A DNA stretch of 64,000 bases, taken from assembly GCA_963921275.4 (NCBI GenBank), contig OZ001293.3, forward strand, positions 4,704,001 through 4,768,000. Reading direction: 5' to 3'. The position numbers and the translations under genes were made by a program. Source of the DNA: an uncultured Hormoscilla sp. Lineage in GTDB: Bacteria; Cyanobacteriota; Cyanobacteriia; Cyanobacteriales; Desertifilaceae. Of this stretch, positions 32,565 to 43,558 are shown piece after piece; within the stretch, counting starts at the first letter, position 1, and every line of letters starts with the position of its first letter. The notes below the pieces were generated by a model, which was not told where the DNA came from, made no database searches, and saw nothing but the letters and a program-made list of their open reading frames with translations.

Positions 32565-33009
32565 CCTGTCTGTATCGCTTCTCATAATCCCTTGTTATAG
32601 CGGTACGGCTTTGTTGATAATCTGTTCCCGGTAACGTTCTTTTAATTCATCTTCGGTAAAAACATACAGTTCAAAGCCCAATAATTCTCGTAAATCCATC
32701 GATAAACTACCTTGTTCAAGTAAACCACTTCCCGGTTTTAAGTTTACCAAAAAATTGACCTCTGTGTCCCTGACTCATCCTTCTGATAAGCAAAGAGTGA
32801 AAAATGCGCAGGCGATCTGCTTCATATTTGGCTGCTTTTTCCAAGATTTCCTGCTTGCAAGCCTGAATTTTGGCTCGCCGACTGCGGAGGACTACTTCCG
32901 GATCTACTTCCAGAGCGATCGCCTCTAACTGTGCTGCTAGAGATATTTTTTCGTCTGGGGTCAGTTTTTCTGCTTGTTGAATTAATGTCTACAATGTATT
33001 TTTACTCAT
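32565..33009 (-). pseudogene. Degraded copy of the MNT antitoxin and the start of HEPN
   Basis: Close nucleotide match to 34425-34863, with stops. Confidence 0.8.
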
Positions 33010-33126
33010 AAGCTGATGGGATGGTTGCGCTCTGCCTCCAGTTTAACCTAGATAGAGGAAAAATGGACAAATTTCAGAAATCATGTTATGATAATCTTAT
33101 CAGAAGAGATTTCCGCAAGAATAGAG

Positions 33127-33363
33127 ATGAAAAAGCTAACTAGAATAACAATGAATCCGGAAGTGATGGGCGGAAAACCTTGCATCCGTGGGTTACGAGT
33201 CACAGTTGGGACTATTGTGGGACTAATAGCATCGGGTCATTCGCCAGAAACAATATTGCAAGCATATCCCTATCTAGAAGAGGCAGATATTTACGAAGCA
33301 CTTGCCTATGCAGCATGGCGAGTTGAAGAACAAGAAGTTATCCTCCACAGCAACCCAGCATGA
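33127..33363 (+). CDS. DUF433 antitoxin-like protein
   Basis: RITMNPEVMGGKPCIRGLRVTV...YPYLEEADIYEALAYAA. Confidence 0.88.
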   Translation: MKKLTRITMNPEVMGGKPCIRGLRVTVGTIVGLIASGHSPETILQAYPYLEEADIYEALAYAAWRVEEQEVILHSNPA

Positions 33364-33734
33364 AAATTCTGATTGATATGAATCTTTCACCAGACTGGGG
33401 GCAAGTGTTTATCAAGTATAACATCCAGTCGGTTCACTGGTCTACTGTCGGCGACCCGAGAGCAACAGACAGAGTGATAATGGAGTGGGCAAAAACCAAT
33501 AGCTATGTTGTCTTTACCAATGACTTAGACTTCGGTTCTCTGTTAGCAGCTACCCAAGCAGAGTCTCCCAGCGTGATTCAGATCAGAACTCAAGACTTGC
33601 TACCTGCTAGCATAGAAAACATCGTAATTGAAGCCTTACGTCGCTTGGCATCAGAACTCGAATTAGGTGCTTTGATTACCCTTGACCTTACCCGTTATCG
33701 AGTGCGAATTCTGCCGATAATTACCGAGGAATAA
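33360..33734 (+). CDS. DUF5615 PIN-like toxin
   Basis: MKILIDMNLSP...ATDRVIMEWA...FTNDLDFG; ATGA overlap with DUF433. Confidence 0.85.
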   Translation: MKILIDMNLSPDWGQVFIKYNIQSVHWSTVGDPRATDRVIMEWAKTNSYVVFTNDLDFGSLLAATQAESPSVIQIRTQDLLPASIENIVIEALRRLASELELGALITLDLTRYRVRILPIITEE

Positions 33735-33963
33735 GAAGAGGTGGGGCTAGACAAAATTAGCCCGCGCAGGCGGGCTAATTTATATTAAAGAGATGTTCCA
33801 TACTTCCGCTATCAACTCTTTTGAGGATTCAGTAAAGTAAGGAATGTTATTCGGAATCTACTTGCAGGGCGATCGCCTCTAACTGTGCTGCTAGAGATAG
33901 TTTTTCGTCTGGGGTCAGTTTTTCCGCTTGTTGAATTAATGTCTGCAATGTATCTTTACTCAT

Positions 33964-34048
33964 AAGCTGATGGGACCGTTGCGGTGAAAGAGGGGCGATC
34001 GGCCCGCGGACGGTCCGAAAAATCGGGGTACAATTGTGATTATAGCTC
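33964..34048 (-). promoter_or_regulatory. Repeated 85-bp promoter/leader with TATAAT -10 box (copy 1)
   Basis: Minus strand reads GAGCTATAAT...CCCATCAGCTT then ATG; full copies at 34864-34948 and 35756-35840, partial copies near 31448, 33010 and 36759. Confidence 0.6.
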
Positions 34049-34101
34049 ATAGATTTGCCTGTATCTGAGGAAGCGCTCGCCTTTTGCTGTCAGCCAGTAC
34101 A

Positions 34102-34440
34102 TTAATCTTGGGATTCCAATTCGTGCAAAATTTTTTCTACTTTGCTTTTTAACTCTGGTAAGTCCTGGGTAACTACTGACCAAACTTTCGGCAAGTTTAT
34201 CTTATAATATTGATGAGCCAGAATGTTTCGCATTCCCACGATCTTGGTCCAGGGAACATCGGGGTATGCTTGTCGCAGGCTGGAAGATAAACCACTTACA
34301 GCTTCACCAATAATTATCAGTTGGTACAAAATTCCGCTTTGAACCAAAGATTCTTGTTCAAAGCTGGATTTTCCACCGTACCGCTGAATTTTCGCTATGG
34401 CTTGTAAAATATCCTGCAACCTGTCGGTATTGCTTCTCAT
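34102..34440 (-). CDS. HEPN/DUF86 toxin (HepT-like)
   Basis: LIIIGEA...VPWTKIVGMRNILAHQY (RX4H motif). Confidence 0.88.
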   Translation of the reverse strand: MRSNTDRLQDILQAIAKIQRYGGKSSFEQESLVQSGILYQLIIIGEAVSGLSSSLRQAYPDVPWTKIVGMRNILAHQYYKINLPKVWSVVTQDLPELKSKVEKILHELESQD

Positions 34441-34449
34441 AATCAATTA

Positions 34450-34863
34450 TTATAACGGTACGGCTTTGTTGAGAATCAGTTCCCGGTAACGTTCTTTTAA
34501 GTCATCCTCGGTGAAAACATACAGTTCAAAGCCCAATAATTCTCGTAAATCCATCAATAAACCACCTTGTTCGAGTAAACCACTTCCCGCTTTTAAGTTT
34601 ACGAGAAAATTGATTTCTGTGTTTCTGACTCCTCCTTCTGATACGCTTAAATGAAAAATACGCAGGTTATCGGCTCCATATTTGGCTGCAAGTTCCAAGA
34701 TTTCCTGCTTGCAAGCCTGAATTTTTGCTCGCCGACTGCGGAGGACTACTTCCGGATCTACTTGCAGGGCCAGATATTCTAACTGTGCTGCTAGAGATAG
34801 TTTTTCGTCTGGGGTCAGTTTTTCCGCTTGTTGAATTAATGTCTGCAATGTATCTTTACTCAT
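34450..34863 (-). CDS. Minimal nucleotidyltransferase (MntA-like) antitoxin with divergent catalytic motif
   Basis: EILELAAKYGADNLRIF...DLRELLG...LKERYRELILNKAVPL; upstream of HEPN; the usual GS and DxD residues are not evident. Confidence 0.7.
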   Translation of the reverse strand: MSKDTLQTLIQQAEKLTPDEKLSLAAQLEYLALQVDPEVVLRSRRAKIQACKQEILELAAKYGADNLRIFHLSVSEGGVRNTEINFLVNLKAGSGLLEQGGLLMDLRELLGFELYVFTEDDLKERYRELILNKAVPL

Positions 34864-35040
34864 AAGCTGATGGGACCGTTGCGGTGAAAGAGGGGCGATC
34901 GGCCCGCGGACGGTCCGAAAAATCGGGGTACAATTGTCATTATAGCTCAGGTGGGAGGGCGATCGCCGGGTTGGGGGGCGCAGGGGAAGGGGCGATCTCT
35001 GAGATTAACAAGTGAGTAATAGTTATCCGTGGGAGGAAGC

Positions 35041-35364
35041 ATGACACCCCAACAGAAGTTTGAAATCATCTTCACCCGCCCAGTCTTTGGGCATTTGGCA
35101 ACAATAGACCGCAAGTATCATTCTCAGATCCGTAGTACAATTTCCGAACAGTTGAGTTACGATCCAGAGGTAGAGACTCGCAACCGTAAACCTTTGCAGC
35201 GACTTTCACAGTTGGGTGCAACGTGGGAATTACGTTTTGGTCCCTTAAATCGGTGGCGAGTGTTTTACGAGACTAACCCTGACGAATATGAGGTTTATAT
35301 CTTAGGAATTGGGGAAAAAGTGGGCAATCAGTTATTTATAGGCGGAGAGGAGGCGGAGTTATGA
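35041..35364 (+). CDS. RelE/ParE-family toxin
   Basis: ETRNRKPL...WELRFG...WRVFY...ILGIGEK. Confidence 0.75.
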   Translation: MTPQQKFEIIFTRPVFGHLATIDRKYHSQIRSTISEQLSYDPEVETRNRKPLQRLSQLGATWELRFGPLNRWRVFYETNPDEYEVYILGIGEKVGNQLFIGGEEAEL

Positions 35365-35633
35365 AAATTGTATCGATTGCTGAAATCAAGGCGAATTTAG
35401 AGGATTATCTGAAATCTCCTCCAAATGAACCAATTGCGATCGTGGAAGGCGATCGCCCTATAGCAGCAATGAGTTTAATTGTAGACCCGGAGGAGCTAGA
35501 GCGATTTCTGTTAGCCAACAATTGGAAGTTTAATCAAATTTTAGAGAAGTCGCGACGCAGCCTTCAAGAAGAGGGCGGTATTAAGCAGGATGATTTTTGG
35601 CAATTAGTGGACCAATTACCAACTAATGATTGA
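35361..35633 (+). CDS. Phd/YefM-like antitoxin
   Basis: MKIVSIAEIKANLEDYL...PIAIV; overlaps the toxin stop codon. Confidence 0.7.
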   Translation: MKIVSIAEIKANLEDYLKSPPNEPIAIVEGDRPIAAMSLIVDPEELERFLLANNWKFNQILEKSRRSLQEEGGIKQDDFWQLVDQLPTND

Positions 35634-35927
35634 AAAAGGGTCTAGAGAGTCAGACCGCCTCTGGTTCAAACCAGAGGCCAATAGCTCAAGTCGGTTTTAA
35701 CCGACTAATAGCATGATGCTGAAAATAATTGTAGCCACGTTTGACAAAATGGTATAAGCTGATGGGATGGTTGCGGTGAAAGAGAGGCGATCTGCCCGCG
35801 GACGGTCCGAAAAATCGGGGTACAATTGTCATTATAGCTCATAGATTTGCCTGGGGTATCAAATCGCGGCTACAAAAACAAAACCCGCTCGCGCGGGGGC
35901 GATCGCCGTTTTGCAAAATAATTCCTC

Positions 35928-36466
35928 TTAATCTAATTCACTTGCTAGCTGTTGAGCTGTCTGATATAATTGCATATTCATGCGAAAACCACCGATCATT
36001 AGTTCATCTAGCAGGGGAGTAACAGCAGGAATTAATCCCCTTTGCCTTGCTTGAACTAAGGTGCCTACAGTACCGACTATATTTAATCCGATTTTTCTGA
36101 GGTTTGTAGTGAGGACTTCCGTCCTCACTACAAACCTCAGAAAAATCGCGCCACTTCTCGTCCTCTAGCTTCATCTATTACTAATAAATCTGCTTGTAAC
36201 TCCATCACCAGCGTGATCGCTTCACTCTCACCTCTGTCTAACTGTTCCCTGAAACTTTCGACTACAGTCTGATTTTGAACGTTGATGACTTGTCTCCACT
36301 GTGCTGTCTCTACTTCTGCTGTACCTGGACGAGACTGTCCAAAGGTAACAACTTCTTCTCGAACCGCTGGGGGTATGCATATTTGATTGTAGAGCAGGTG
36401 CAACAGGCCAAATTGATTAATCCGAGCAAGAGAAACTAAAGGACTAGAATTGGTAACAACTATCAT
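35928..36466 (-). pseudogene. DUF3368 PIN-like protein interrupted by a palindrome
   Basis: MIVVTNSSPL...LDRGESEAI...VIDEARGR, then GTVGTL...GGFR after the insert at 36089-36148. Confidence 0.8.
36089..36148. repeat. Perfect palindrome with 28-bp arms
   Basis: CGATTTTTCTGAGGTTTGTAGTGAGGAC-TTCC-GTCCTCACTACAAACCTCAGAAAAATCG. Confidence 0.9.
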
Positions 36467-36747
36467 TATCTTTGTTCTCCGAGGATTCTTTGAACAGTTT
36501 CTACTTGGGCTACCAACTCTTTTGAGGATTCAGTAAAGTAAGGAATTTTATTCTGTCCCAGCAGTTGCACGAACTCCCATTTAGAGATTCCTAATAATTC
36601 CGCTGCTTTCCCGGTTGAGATTCGCTGTTGTCGGACTAACTCTAGTACAATTAATTCCAGAATTCTTCCTTCTAATTCTGCCTCGTTGGCTTCGAGGATA
36701 GGTATTAATTCTTGGGGTAACTTCAAGCTCAGGGTTATTGTACTCAT
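36466..36747 (-). CDS. UPF0175 family antitoxin-like protein
   Basis: ISTGKAAELLGISKWEF. Confidence 0.85.
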   Translation of the reverse strand: MSTITLSLKLPQELIPILEANEAELEGRILELIVLELVRQQRISTGKAAELLGISKWEFVQLLGQNKIPYFTESSKELVAQVETVQRILGEQR

Positions 36748-36977
36748 TTGATTTTGCTAAAATCGGGGTACAATTGTCATTATAGCTCTTTGCCTGGGCG
36801 ATTTCAATCGCGGCTACAAAAACAAGGGGGGCGATCGCCTATCGGGAAGTTAGGAACCTGCAAAAGGGGGCGATCACCCCCAACTTAGCGGGGGGTTTGG
36901 GGGATCCAGCGACTGGGAGATCCCATGCACGATCAACTGGTTTTGACCACACCCGTTGCCAACGGGCCCAAGACCAC

Positions 36978-37131
36978 TAAAACCCCAACCGAGAGGTTTC
37001 AAACCCCAACTGAGAGGTTTCAAACCCCAACCGATAGGTTTCAAACCCCAACCGATAGGTTTCAAACCCCAACCGATAGGTTTCAAACCCCAACCGATAG
37101 GTTTCAAACCCCAACCGATAGGTTTCAAACC
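36978..37131. repeat. About 7 tandem 21-bp repeats (TTTCAAACCCCAACCGATAGG)
   Basis: Near-perfect 21-bp periodicity next to a TTTTGACCACACCC end at 36941-36954. Confidence 0.9.
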
Positions 37132-37851
37132 TCGGAACAGTGTGTCCCGCTGCGTTCAGGTAATTAGTTATCAGGTCAGCACTGCTCCGGGTACTATTTT
37201 GGCCAATAGCGTCCCCGGTTAAAGCATCACGCTGGAAACCGAACATGTGACGTATCATTTTTTCCGTATCCTCTTAGGGTTAGGGCTAATTTTCAATTCC
37301 TAACTTTTTCGTTAACTCCATCTTGTCATACATATTTTGCTTTGCCAAGGGCTAAAAGTGGGATAAAAAGTGGTAAACAGTGAGTAATATGAAAGTTTTC
37401 CAGTCCTAACTTAGTTGGAAAAAGTAGGATTTAGTTGTTAAAGTGGCAAATAGTGTGATATAGTGGGATATGCTAACCTTAACTATGACCGGTGATTCTC
37501 ACTTTGACCTCTGGACATCCAAGAAATGCTACAATGGACCGGCGATCGGGTATTCGCTAAGACCGGCAAACCTCTGGACTCCGGGTGTGGTCAAAAGTAG
37601 TTGCGGCGGGGGATCCCATGCACGATCAACTGGCTTTGACCACACACCCGTTGCCAACGGGCCCAAGACCACTAAAACCCCAACTGAAAGGGTTTAACCC
37701 TCAACAGAGAGGTTTTAAACCCAAACAGAGAGGTTTAAAACCCAAACAGTGGGGCACCGGTTAGATTGGATGCGGTCACAAGTAGTTGATAGCCGGTGCA
37801 TCGATGATGCATGTAATATAGCCCGCGCAGGCGGGCTTTGTTCCTGTAGCC

Positions 37852-39593
37852 GGATGGGGTCGAGCCGGGAATCGCTTCCCGACCCTCCCTTGAGGAACCG
37901 GACTTGCGATTTTCACCGCATCCGGCTACTGGGTACTAGGCCCTTTTCATAGGTGGATGGGGTCGAGCCGGGAATCGCTTCCCGACCCTCCCTTGAGGAA
38001 CCGGACTTGCGATTTTCACCGCATCCGGCTACTGGGTACTAGGCCCTTTTCATAGGTAGACTTAATAGGAATTACTTCCGTTAGCCCTTGCCGCCTGTCT
38101 TTTCTTCCCTTTCCTGGTTTAGCGAGTGGTTGTTCTGATAACCGTTAGTATCACCATTTTCAAGTCAGTTTTACCAGTTATCCATACCTTATCCTCCACT
38201 TGCGTTTCGGATTAGTTCCGTGGCTTTTTAGGATTACTCATTCCAGCAGCTTCCTAGTATCACCGACCCACGTCAGCGCTGGCTACCCAGCATCATCTAC
38301 ATTACTGTAGATGTTATCCCAGGAATTACCCCGGGCATTCGCTTCTTGGGTCATCCCTCCCCCCGTGGCTTGCGCTTAACATCTAACTTGTCCTGATGGA
38401 CAGCACACGAGAGGTTACTTCGTTCCCTAACAACATTTCGCGATACCTTTAGGTCCACACTATACCCCGGGAGCTATTTGAGTACTATATTAGCCAGAGT
38501 CTAAAACTAATACTAGCTACCATTTCCTTTTTAGGCCAGCGCATATAGCCTTATTTCGCTGGTTCCTTATAACGAGGCTTGCACATGTTTGCCTGCTCTA
38601 ACCTTGGATATCTTTCCTAGCGGCGTCACCGGCTTAGGCTGCCAGTTATCCTACATTTGAGTCCTCGCTTAGCACCACGATGATGTCGCTTCGTAGCACC
38701 GAGGACCGGTGTCACCCCCGTACCTGGGGGGAGGGGAATTTAACCCCCATGCGGTCAGAGTTCCCGGCTAATGAAACCGGGCTAGCGTTCCGTGTTTGAC
38801 CACGTTAGGCTAGAACGAATCGCACAGACTTAATAGGAATTACTTCCGTTAGCCCTTGCCGCCTGTCTTTTCTTCCCTTTCCTGGTTTAGCGAGTGGTTG
38901 TTCTGATAACCGTTAGTATCACCATTTTCAAGTCAGTTTTACCAGTTATCCATACCTTATCCTCCACTTGCGTTTCGGATTAGTTCCGTGGCTTTTTAGG
39001 ATTACTCATTCCAGCAGCTTCCTAGTATCACCGACCCACGTCAGCGCTGGCTACCCAGCATCATCTACATTACTGTAGATGTTATCCCAGGAATTACCCC
39101 GGGCATTCGCTTCTTGGGCCATCCCTCCCCCCGTGGCTTGCGCTTAACATCTAACTTGTCCTGATGGACAGCACACGAGAGGTTACTTCGTTCCCTAACA
39201 ACATTTCGCGATACCTTTAGGTCCACACTATACCCCGGGAGCTATTTGAGTACTATATTAGCCAGAGTCTAAAACTAATACTAGCTACCATTTCCTTTTT
39301 AGGCCAGCGCATATAGCCTTATTTCGCTGGTTCCTTATAACGAGGCTTGCACATGTTTGCCTGCTCTAACCTTGGATATCTTTCCTAGCGGCGTCACCGG
39401 CTTAGGCTGCCAGTTATCCTACATTTGAGTCCTCGCTTAGCACCACGATGATGTCGCTTCGTAGCACCGAGGACCGGTGTCACCCCCGTACCTGGGGGGA
39501 GGGGAATTTAACCCCCATGCGGTCAGAGTTCCCGGCTAATGAAACCGGGCTAGCGTTCCGTGTTTGACCACGTTAGGCTAGAACGAATCGCAC
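37852..39593 (-). mobile_element. ORF-less group II intron (outer copy, 871 nt) interrupted by a copy of itself
   Basis: 5' GTGCGATTCG at 39593; DV AGCCGGATGCGGTGAAAATCGCAAGTCCGGTTC and DVI at 37852-37930; 103+768 = 871 nt; removal restores GTAGCC|GGACC seen at 17960-17970. Confidence 0.9.
37955..38825 (-). mobile_element. ORF-less group II intron (inner copy, 871 nt)
   Basis: GTGCG at 38825; DV/DVI at 37955-38030; near-identical to 52813-53683. Confidence 0.9.
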
Positions 39594-39862
39594 GGACCCT
39601 TTAGGGTTCGGGCGGCGAGGCCGAGTATCAAGGGTGTGGTCAAAATCCATTGGTAAGAGGATCCCCCCCAGCCCCTCTCATACATATTTTGCTTTGCAAA
39701 GTAATAAAAGTGGGACAAAAAGTGGTAGACAGTGGGTCATATGAAAATTTTTTAGTTCTAATTTAGTCGTAAAAAGTAGGAGTTAGTTGTTAAAGTGGCA
39801 AATAGTGTGATATAGTGGGATATGCTAACCTCAACTATGACCAGTGATTCCCACATTGACCT

Positions 39863-41239
39863 ATGGACATCCAAGAAATGCTACAATGGACCGGCGATCG
39901 GGTACTCGCTAAGACCGGCAAACCTCTGGACTCCCTCCAAAAAGCTATATTAGAAGGTACTTTACAAGGTCCAAAATATCCAGAAATAGCCAAAAATAGC
40001 AATGTCAGTCACCATCATGTCAAGAAGGTTGGTTCAAAATTATGGAAACTCCTCTCAGATGTATTGGACAAAAACATCAAGCAATCTAATTTTCGCTCCA
40101 TTTTGGAAGAAAATGAATTTTCCAATATTTATAACTTGGGTGACTGTATGCAAATTGGTAACATCAATCTATGTGGAGAAAATAGCAACTCTCTAGCAAA
40201 AAGCAGATCGCCCTCATCAGAGAGGGACAACTCAGACAAGGTCGATCGGGAAAGATGCCACGATCTCAGAGATGCGCCGGAGTTGAATTGGTCGTGCGAT
40301 CGCCCCCAGGCCCTAACTACTCTCAAAGAATGGATTATCGAAAAGAATACCCGTCTAGTCACGATATTAGGATTATCCGGGATTGGCAAAACTGCCCTAG
40401 CGGTGCAGCTAGTGCAACTTCTACAAGACAACTATGATTATATCATCTGGCGCAGCCTGGAGAATTACCCGACTTGGTCGGACCTGCAAACAAACTTAAT
40501 GCAGTTTTTTTCCCAGCAGCAAGCAACTCAGTTCCTTTCACCCATCGACTACGTGCGATCGCATCGTTGTCTGGTAATCTTGGACGACGTGCAGCAAATA
40601 TTGGTGAGTATAGAATTAGCGGGCGAGTACCAACCAGGCTACGAAGATTATGGCACATTCTTTAAGCAAGTAACAAAATTCCCCCACAAAAGTTGCTTAT
40701 TACTCCTGAGTTGGGAAAAACCGAGAGAAATTGCCACCTTAGAAGGGGTGAACCGTCACTGTCGCAGCTTCCAACTGCAAGGTTTAGGTGCCTCAGGGCG
40801 GGAAATATGCAAAGAGAGAGGATTAACCGATCCAGACAAATGGTTAGAACTGATTCACCTTTACGGCGGTAATCCCTTATGGTTAAATATAGTTGCCACG
40901 ATGATTAGAGAATTATTTAATGGTAGCGTAGCACAGTTTTTATCTTGTCCCACCCTCTGTTTAGGAGATGTAGAACCTTTATTGCAGAAACATTGTCAGC
41001 GTTTGTCCGAGTCGGAAAAACAGGTAATGTTTTGGTTAGCAAGTCAAGAGGTGGCTGTCGAGATTTCCAGTCCCCCAGAAACTATCCCACTTTCCCCCTC
41101 AGATTTCTTCACAGCGGTACAGTCTTTGAGGCGACGTTGCTTAATTGATAAGGTCACCGAAAACAGGCGATCGCGCTTTACCCTTCAGCCTGTCATTAAG
41201 GAGTATGTGAAAAACAAATCTTGGGCGCAATCAAATTAG
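39863..41239 (+). CDS. NB-ARC/NACHT-like P-loop NTPase with N-terminal HTH
   Basis: GLSGIGKT, IIWRSL, CLVILDD, YGGNPLWL, SLRRRCLI. Confidence 0.85.
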   Translation: MDIQEMLQWTGDRVLAKTGKPLDSLQKAILEGTLQGPKYPEIAKNSNVSHHHVKKVGSKLWKLLSDVLDKNIKQSNFRSILEENEFSNIYNLGDCMQIGNINLCGENSNSLAKSRSPSSERDNSDKVDRERCHDLRDAPELNWSCDRPQALTTLKEWIIEKNTRLVTILGLSGIGKTALAVQLVQLLQDNYDYIIWRSLENYPTWSDLQTNLMQFFSQQQATQFLSPIDYVRSHRCLVILDDVQQILVSIELAGEYQPGYEDYGTFFKQVTKFPHKSCLLLLSWEKPREIATLEGVNRHCRSFQLQGLGASGREICKERGLTDPDKWLELIHLYGGNPLWLNIVATMIRELFNGSVAQFLSCPTLCLGDVEPLLQKHCQRLSESEKQVMFWLASQEVAVEISSPPETIPLSPSDFFTAVQSLRRRCLIDKVTENRRSRFTLQPVIKEYVKNKSWAQSN

Positions 41240-41258
41240 GCGCGATCGCCTTTTTCCT

Positions 41259-41477
41259 TTACCTCCGCAGCACCGCAGTTATAATGATTGTCAGAGTCGC
41301 ACTGGCTATTAAAGTAAAAGCAAGTTGCACAACCCATTGAGTCGCTTGCTGGTAGTTGGAAAAGCGATCGTTAAACTTGGTAACATCATTCGACAACTTT
41401 TCGACGTCATTCGATAACTTTCCTAACTGTTCAACTACATCTGCTAGTGTTGGTTCCGTGTTTGGTGTACTCGTCAT
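41259..41477 (-). CDS. Small hypothetical coiled-coil/membrane protein
   Basis: MTSTPNTEPTL...YQQATQWVVQLAFTLIASA. Confidence 0.6.
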   Translation of the reverse strand: MTSTPNTEPTLADVVEQLGKLSNDVEKLSNDVTKFNDRFSNYQQATQWVVQLAFTLIASATLTIIITAVLRR

Positions 41478-41707
41478 TTTTTTCTTTCTTAACCCGATAA
41501 TTATATTATAGCAAGCCGTCAGGAGTTCTGCAACTGACTTTTTCTGAAATATTTCCTCTGTTTTCCCGGTTCCGAGAATAAGCTGAACAACCATAATAAT
41601 GCGATCGCTCTATTATTTAATTTTTATCTAGTCGGTTAAAACCGACTTTAGCTATTAGCCGGGGGTTTGAACGGCGGGCTGACTTCTCCCATAATCATGC
41701 GATCGCC

Positions 41708-43558
41708 CTATAAAAAACCAGGGCTTTGAACCACTGGCGGGGTAACTAAACCCATTTGCACTTGCCAGAGACTAGCATAAATTCCCGACTGTGCTAATAG
41801 TTCTTCATGTCGTCCCGATTCTACTATTTTACCCCGTTCCATCACGTAAATGCGATCGGTCTTGCGGATCGTGGACAGACGATGGGCGATCGCAATCGTG
41901 GTGCGATTCTGGGTAATGCGATCGAGCGATCGCTGAATAGCTGCTTCCGTCTCATTATCCACTGCGGAAGTCGCCTCGTCTAAAATCAAGATTGGCGGAT
42001 TCTTCAACACCGCCCGAGCGATCGCGATCCGCTGCCTTTGTCCTCCCGATAACTTCTGCCCCCGCTCTCCCACTATGGTATCATAACCGTAGGGGAGTTG
42101 GACAATAAAATCATGGGCTTCCGCCACCCGTGCAGCGGCAATTATTTCTGCTTCTGTAGCATCGAAACTGCCATAGGCGATGTTCTCACTCACAGTTCCG
42201 TGGAATAAGAAGACATCCTGACTCACAAACCCGATACAACGACGTAAATCCTGTAGTTGCAGTTGTCGTAATTCTATCCCATCTAGAGTAATACTGCCAG
42301 ATTGAACTTCATAAAACCGCAACAATAGTTTGACGATGGTGCTTTTGCCCGAACCCGTGGCCCCAACGATCGCGATTGTCTTGCCAGCAGGAATCTTGAG
42401 GGAGAGATTTTCTAGAACCGGGGCGCGATCGCGATAAGCAAAAGTTACCTCCTGCAATTCCAACTCACCCCGCACTGTTGCTAGAGTCATCTCTCCAGGA
42501 TGAATCATAATTGGCGTATCCAACAAATTCATCACGCGCTTGGTAGACGCCATTGCCCGTTGATACTGATCCAAAGTATCTCCCAAACGCACCAACGGCC
42601 AAAGTAACCGCTGAGTCAGGAATACCAACACGCTGTAAGTGCCAACTGCCAGTCTTCCTGCTGCTGTTTCCATGCCGCGGTAGAGCAATATCCCCGTAAA
42701 ACCGCACAGAATTAACATTCTAATTAAAGGTATGAAAGCAGCAGATAAGGCGATCGCCCGACAATTGCTTTGGCGATAGGCTTCGCTATCTTGTGCTACC
42801 CGGGCCGCTTCATACTCCTCAGCAGTAAAGCTTTTAATCATAGTAATCCCACTCAAATTATTAGAAAGCCTGCCGTTGAGAAAACCCACCTTTTTCCGCA
42901 CGTCAGCGTAACGGGGGGCGAGACGGCGCTGAAAGGCAATCGAATTAAAAAAGATGAATGGCATCGGGACGATCGCCAACCAAGCCACCTCCGGAGCCGT
43001 AATTATGAAAGTCGCCCCCACAATGACTACTGCGGTGCAGAGCTGGAGAATTTGATTAGCTCCTACATCCAAAAAGCGCTCTAATTGATTAATATCATTA
43101 TTGAGAATCGACATCAAATCCCCCGTGCTGCGCTCTTCAAAAAATTCCAGTTCCAAATTTTGTAAATGCTTATAGCTATCCAGACGCAAATTATGCTGAA
43201 TTGTCTGGGCGAGATTCCGCCACAGACGCTGATAAATATATTGACAAGTCGATTCCAATCCCCAGACGATCGCCGACAGTAGGGAAATTACCAAAAGTTG
43301 TCCGAAGATATCCGTGACTCCCAACTTCGTGGCAATTAGAGAATCTTTTCTCTTGACTACCACATCCACTGCTGCGCCAATTAAAGCGGGAGGCGCCAAG
43401 TCGAATATTTTGTTCAAGATCGAACAGGCGATCGCCTGCCATACTTCGAGCCGATAATTCTGTCTGTAGTCCAGCAAGCGTTTCAGGGGATGCACCCGCG
43501 TTTTCCCGGTATCTAACCGACCCTGGGTAGTTTTTGCCTTTGTCACTTTATTCCTCAT
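41708..43558 (-). CDS. ABC transporter fused permease/ATP-binding protein (MsbA-like)
   Basis: TM domain, [34 protein letters not shown]. Confidence 0.93.
   Translation of the reverse strand: MRNKVTKAKTTQGRLDTGKTRVHPLKRLLDYRQNYRLEVWQAIACSILNKIFDLAPPALIGAAVDVVVKRKDSLIATKLGVTDIFGQLLVISLLSAIVWGLESTCQYIYQRLWRNLAQTIQHNLRLDSYKHLQNLELEFFEERSTGDLMSILNNDINQLERFLDVGANQILQLCTAVVIVGATFIITAPEVAWLAIVPMPFIFFNSIAFQRRLAPRYADVRKKVGFLNGRLSNNLSGITMIKSFTAEEYEAARVAQDSEAYRQSNCRAIALSAAFIPLIRMLILCGFTGILLYRGMETAAGRLAVGTYSVLVFLTQRLLWPLVRLGDTLDQYQRAMASTKRVMNLLDTPIMIHPGEMTLATVRGELELQEVTFAYRDRAPVLENLSLKIPAGKTIAIVGATGSGKSTIVKLLLRFYEVQSGSITLDGIELRQLQLQDLRRCIGFVSQDVFLFHGTVSENIAYGSFDATEAEIIAAARVAEAHDFIVQLPYGYDTIVGERGQKLSGGQRQRIAIARAVLKNPPILILDEATSAVDNETEAAIQRSLDRITQNRTTIAIAHRLSTIRKTDRIYVMERGKIVESGRHEELLAQSGIYASLWQVQMGLVTPPVVQSPGFL

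Noticed and set aside
30449..36790. Classical integron with attC sites
   Set aside because: No tyrosine integrase and no RYYYAAC/GTTRRRY-bounded palindromes recognised; the repeats look like promoters/leaders
36874..37258. Heptad-repeat ORFs (KPIGWGL, FQTPTDR)
   Set aside because: By-products of a 21-bp DNA repeat that is open in several frames; no evidence of a real gene
38056..39593. Simple 768-bp tandem duplication
   Set aside because: The 103+871+768 layout is explained exactly by one intron inserted into another; an assembly artefact is not formally excluded
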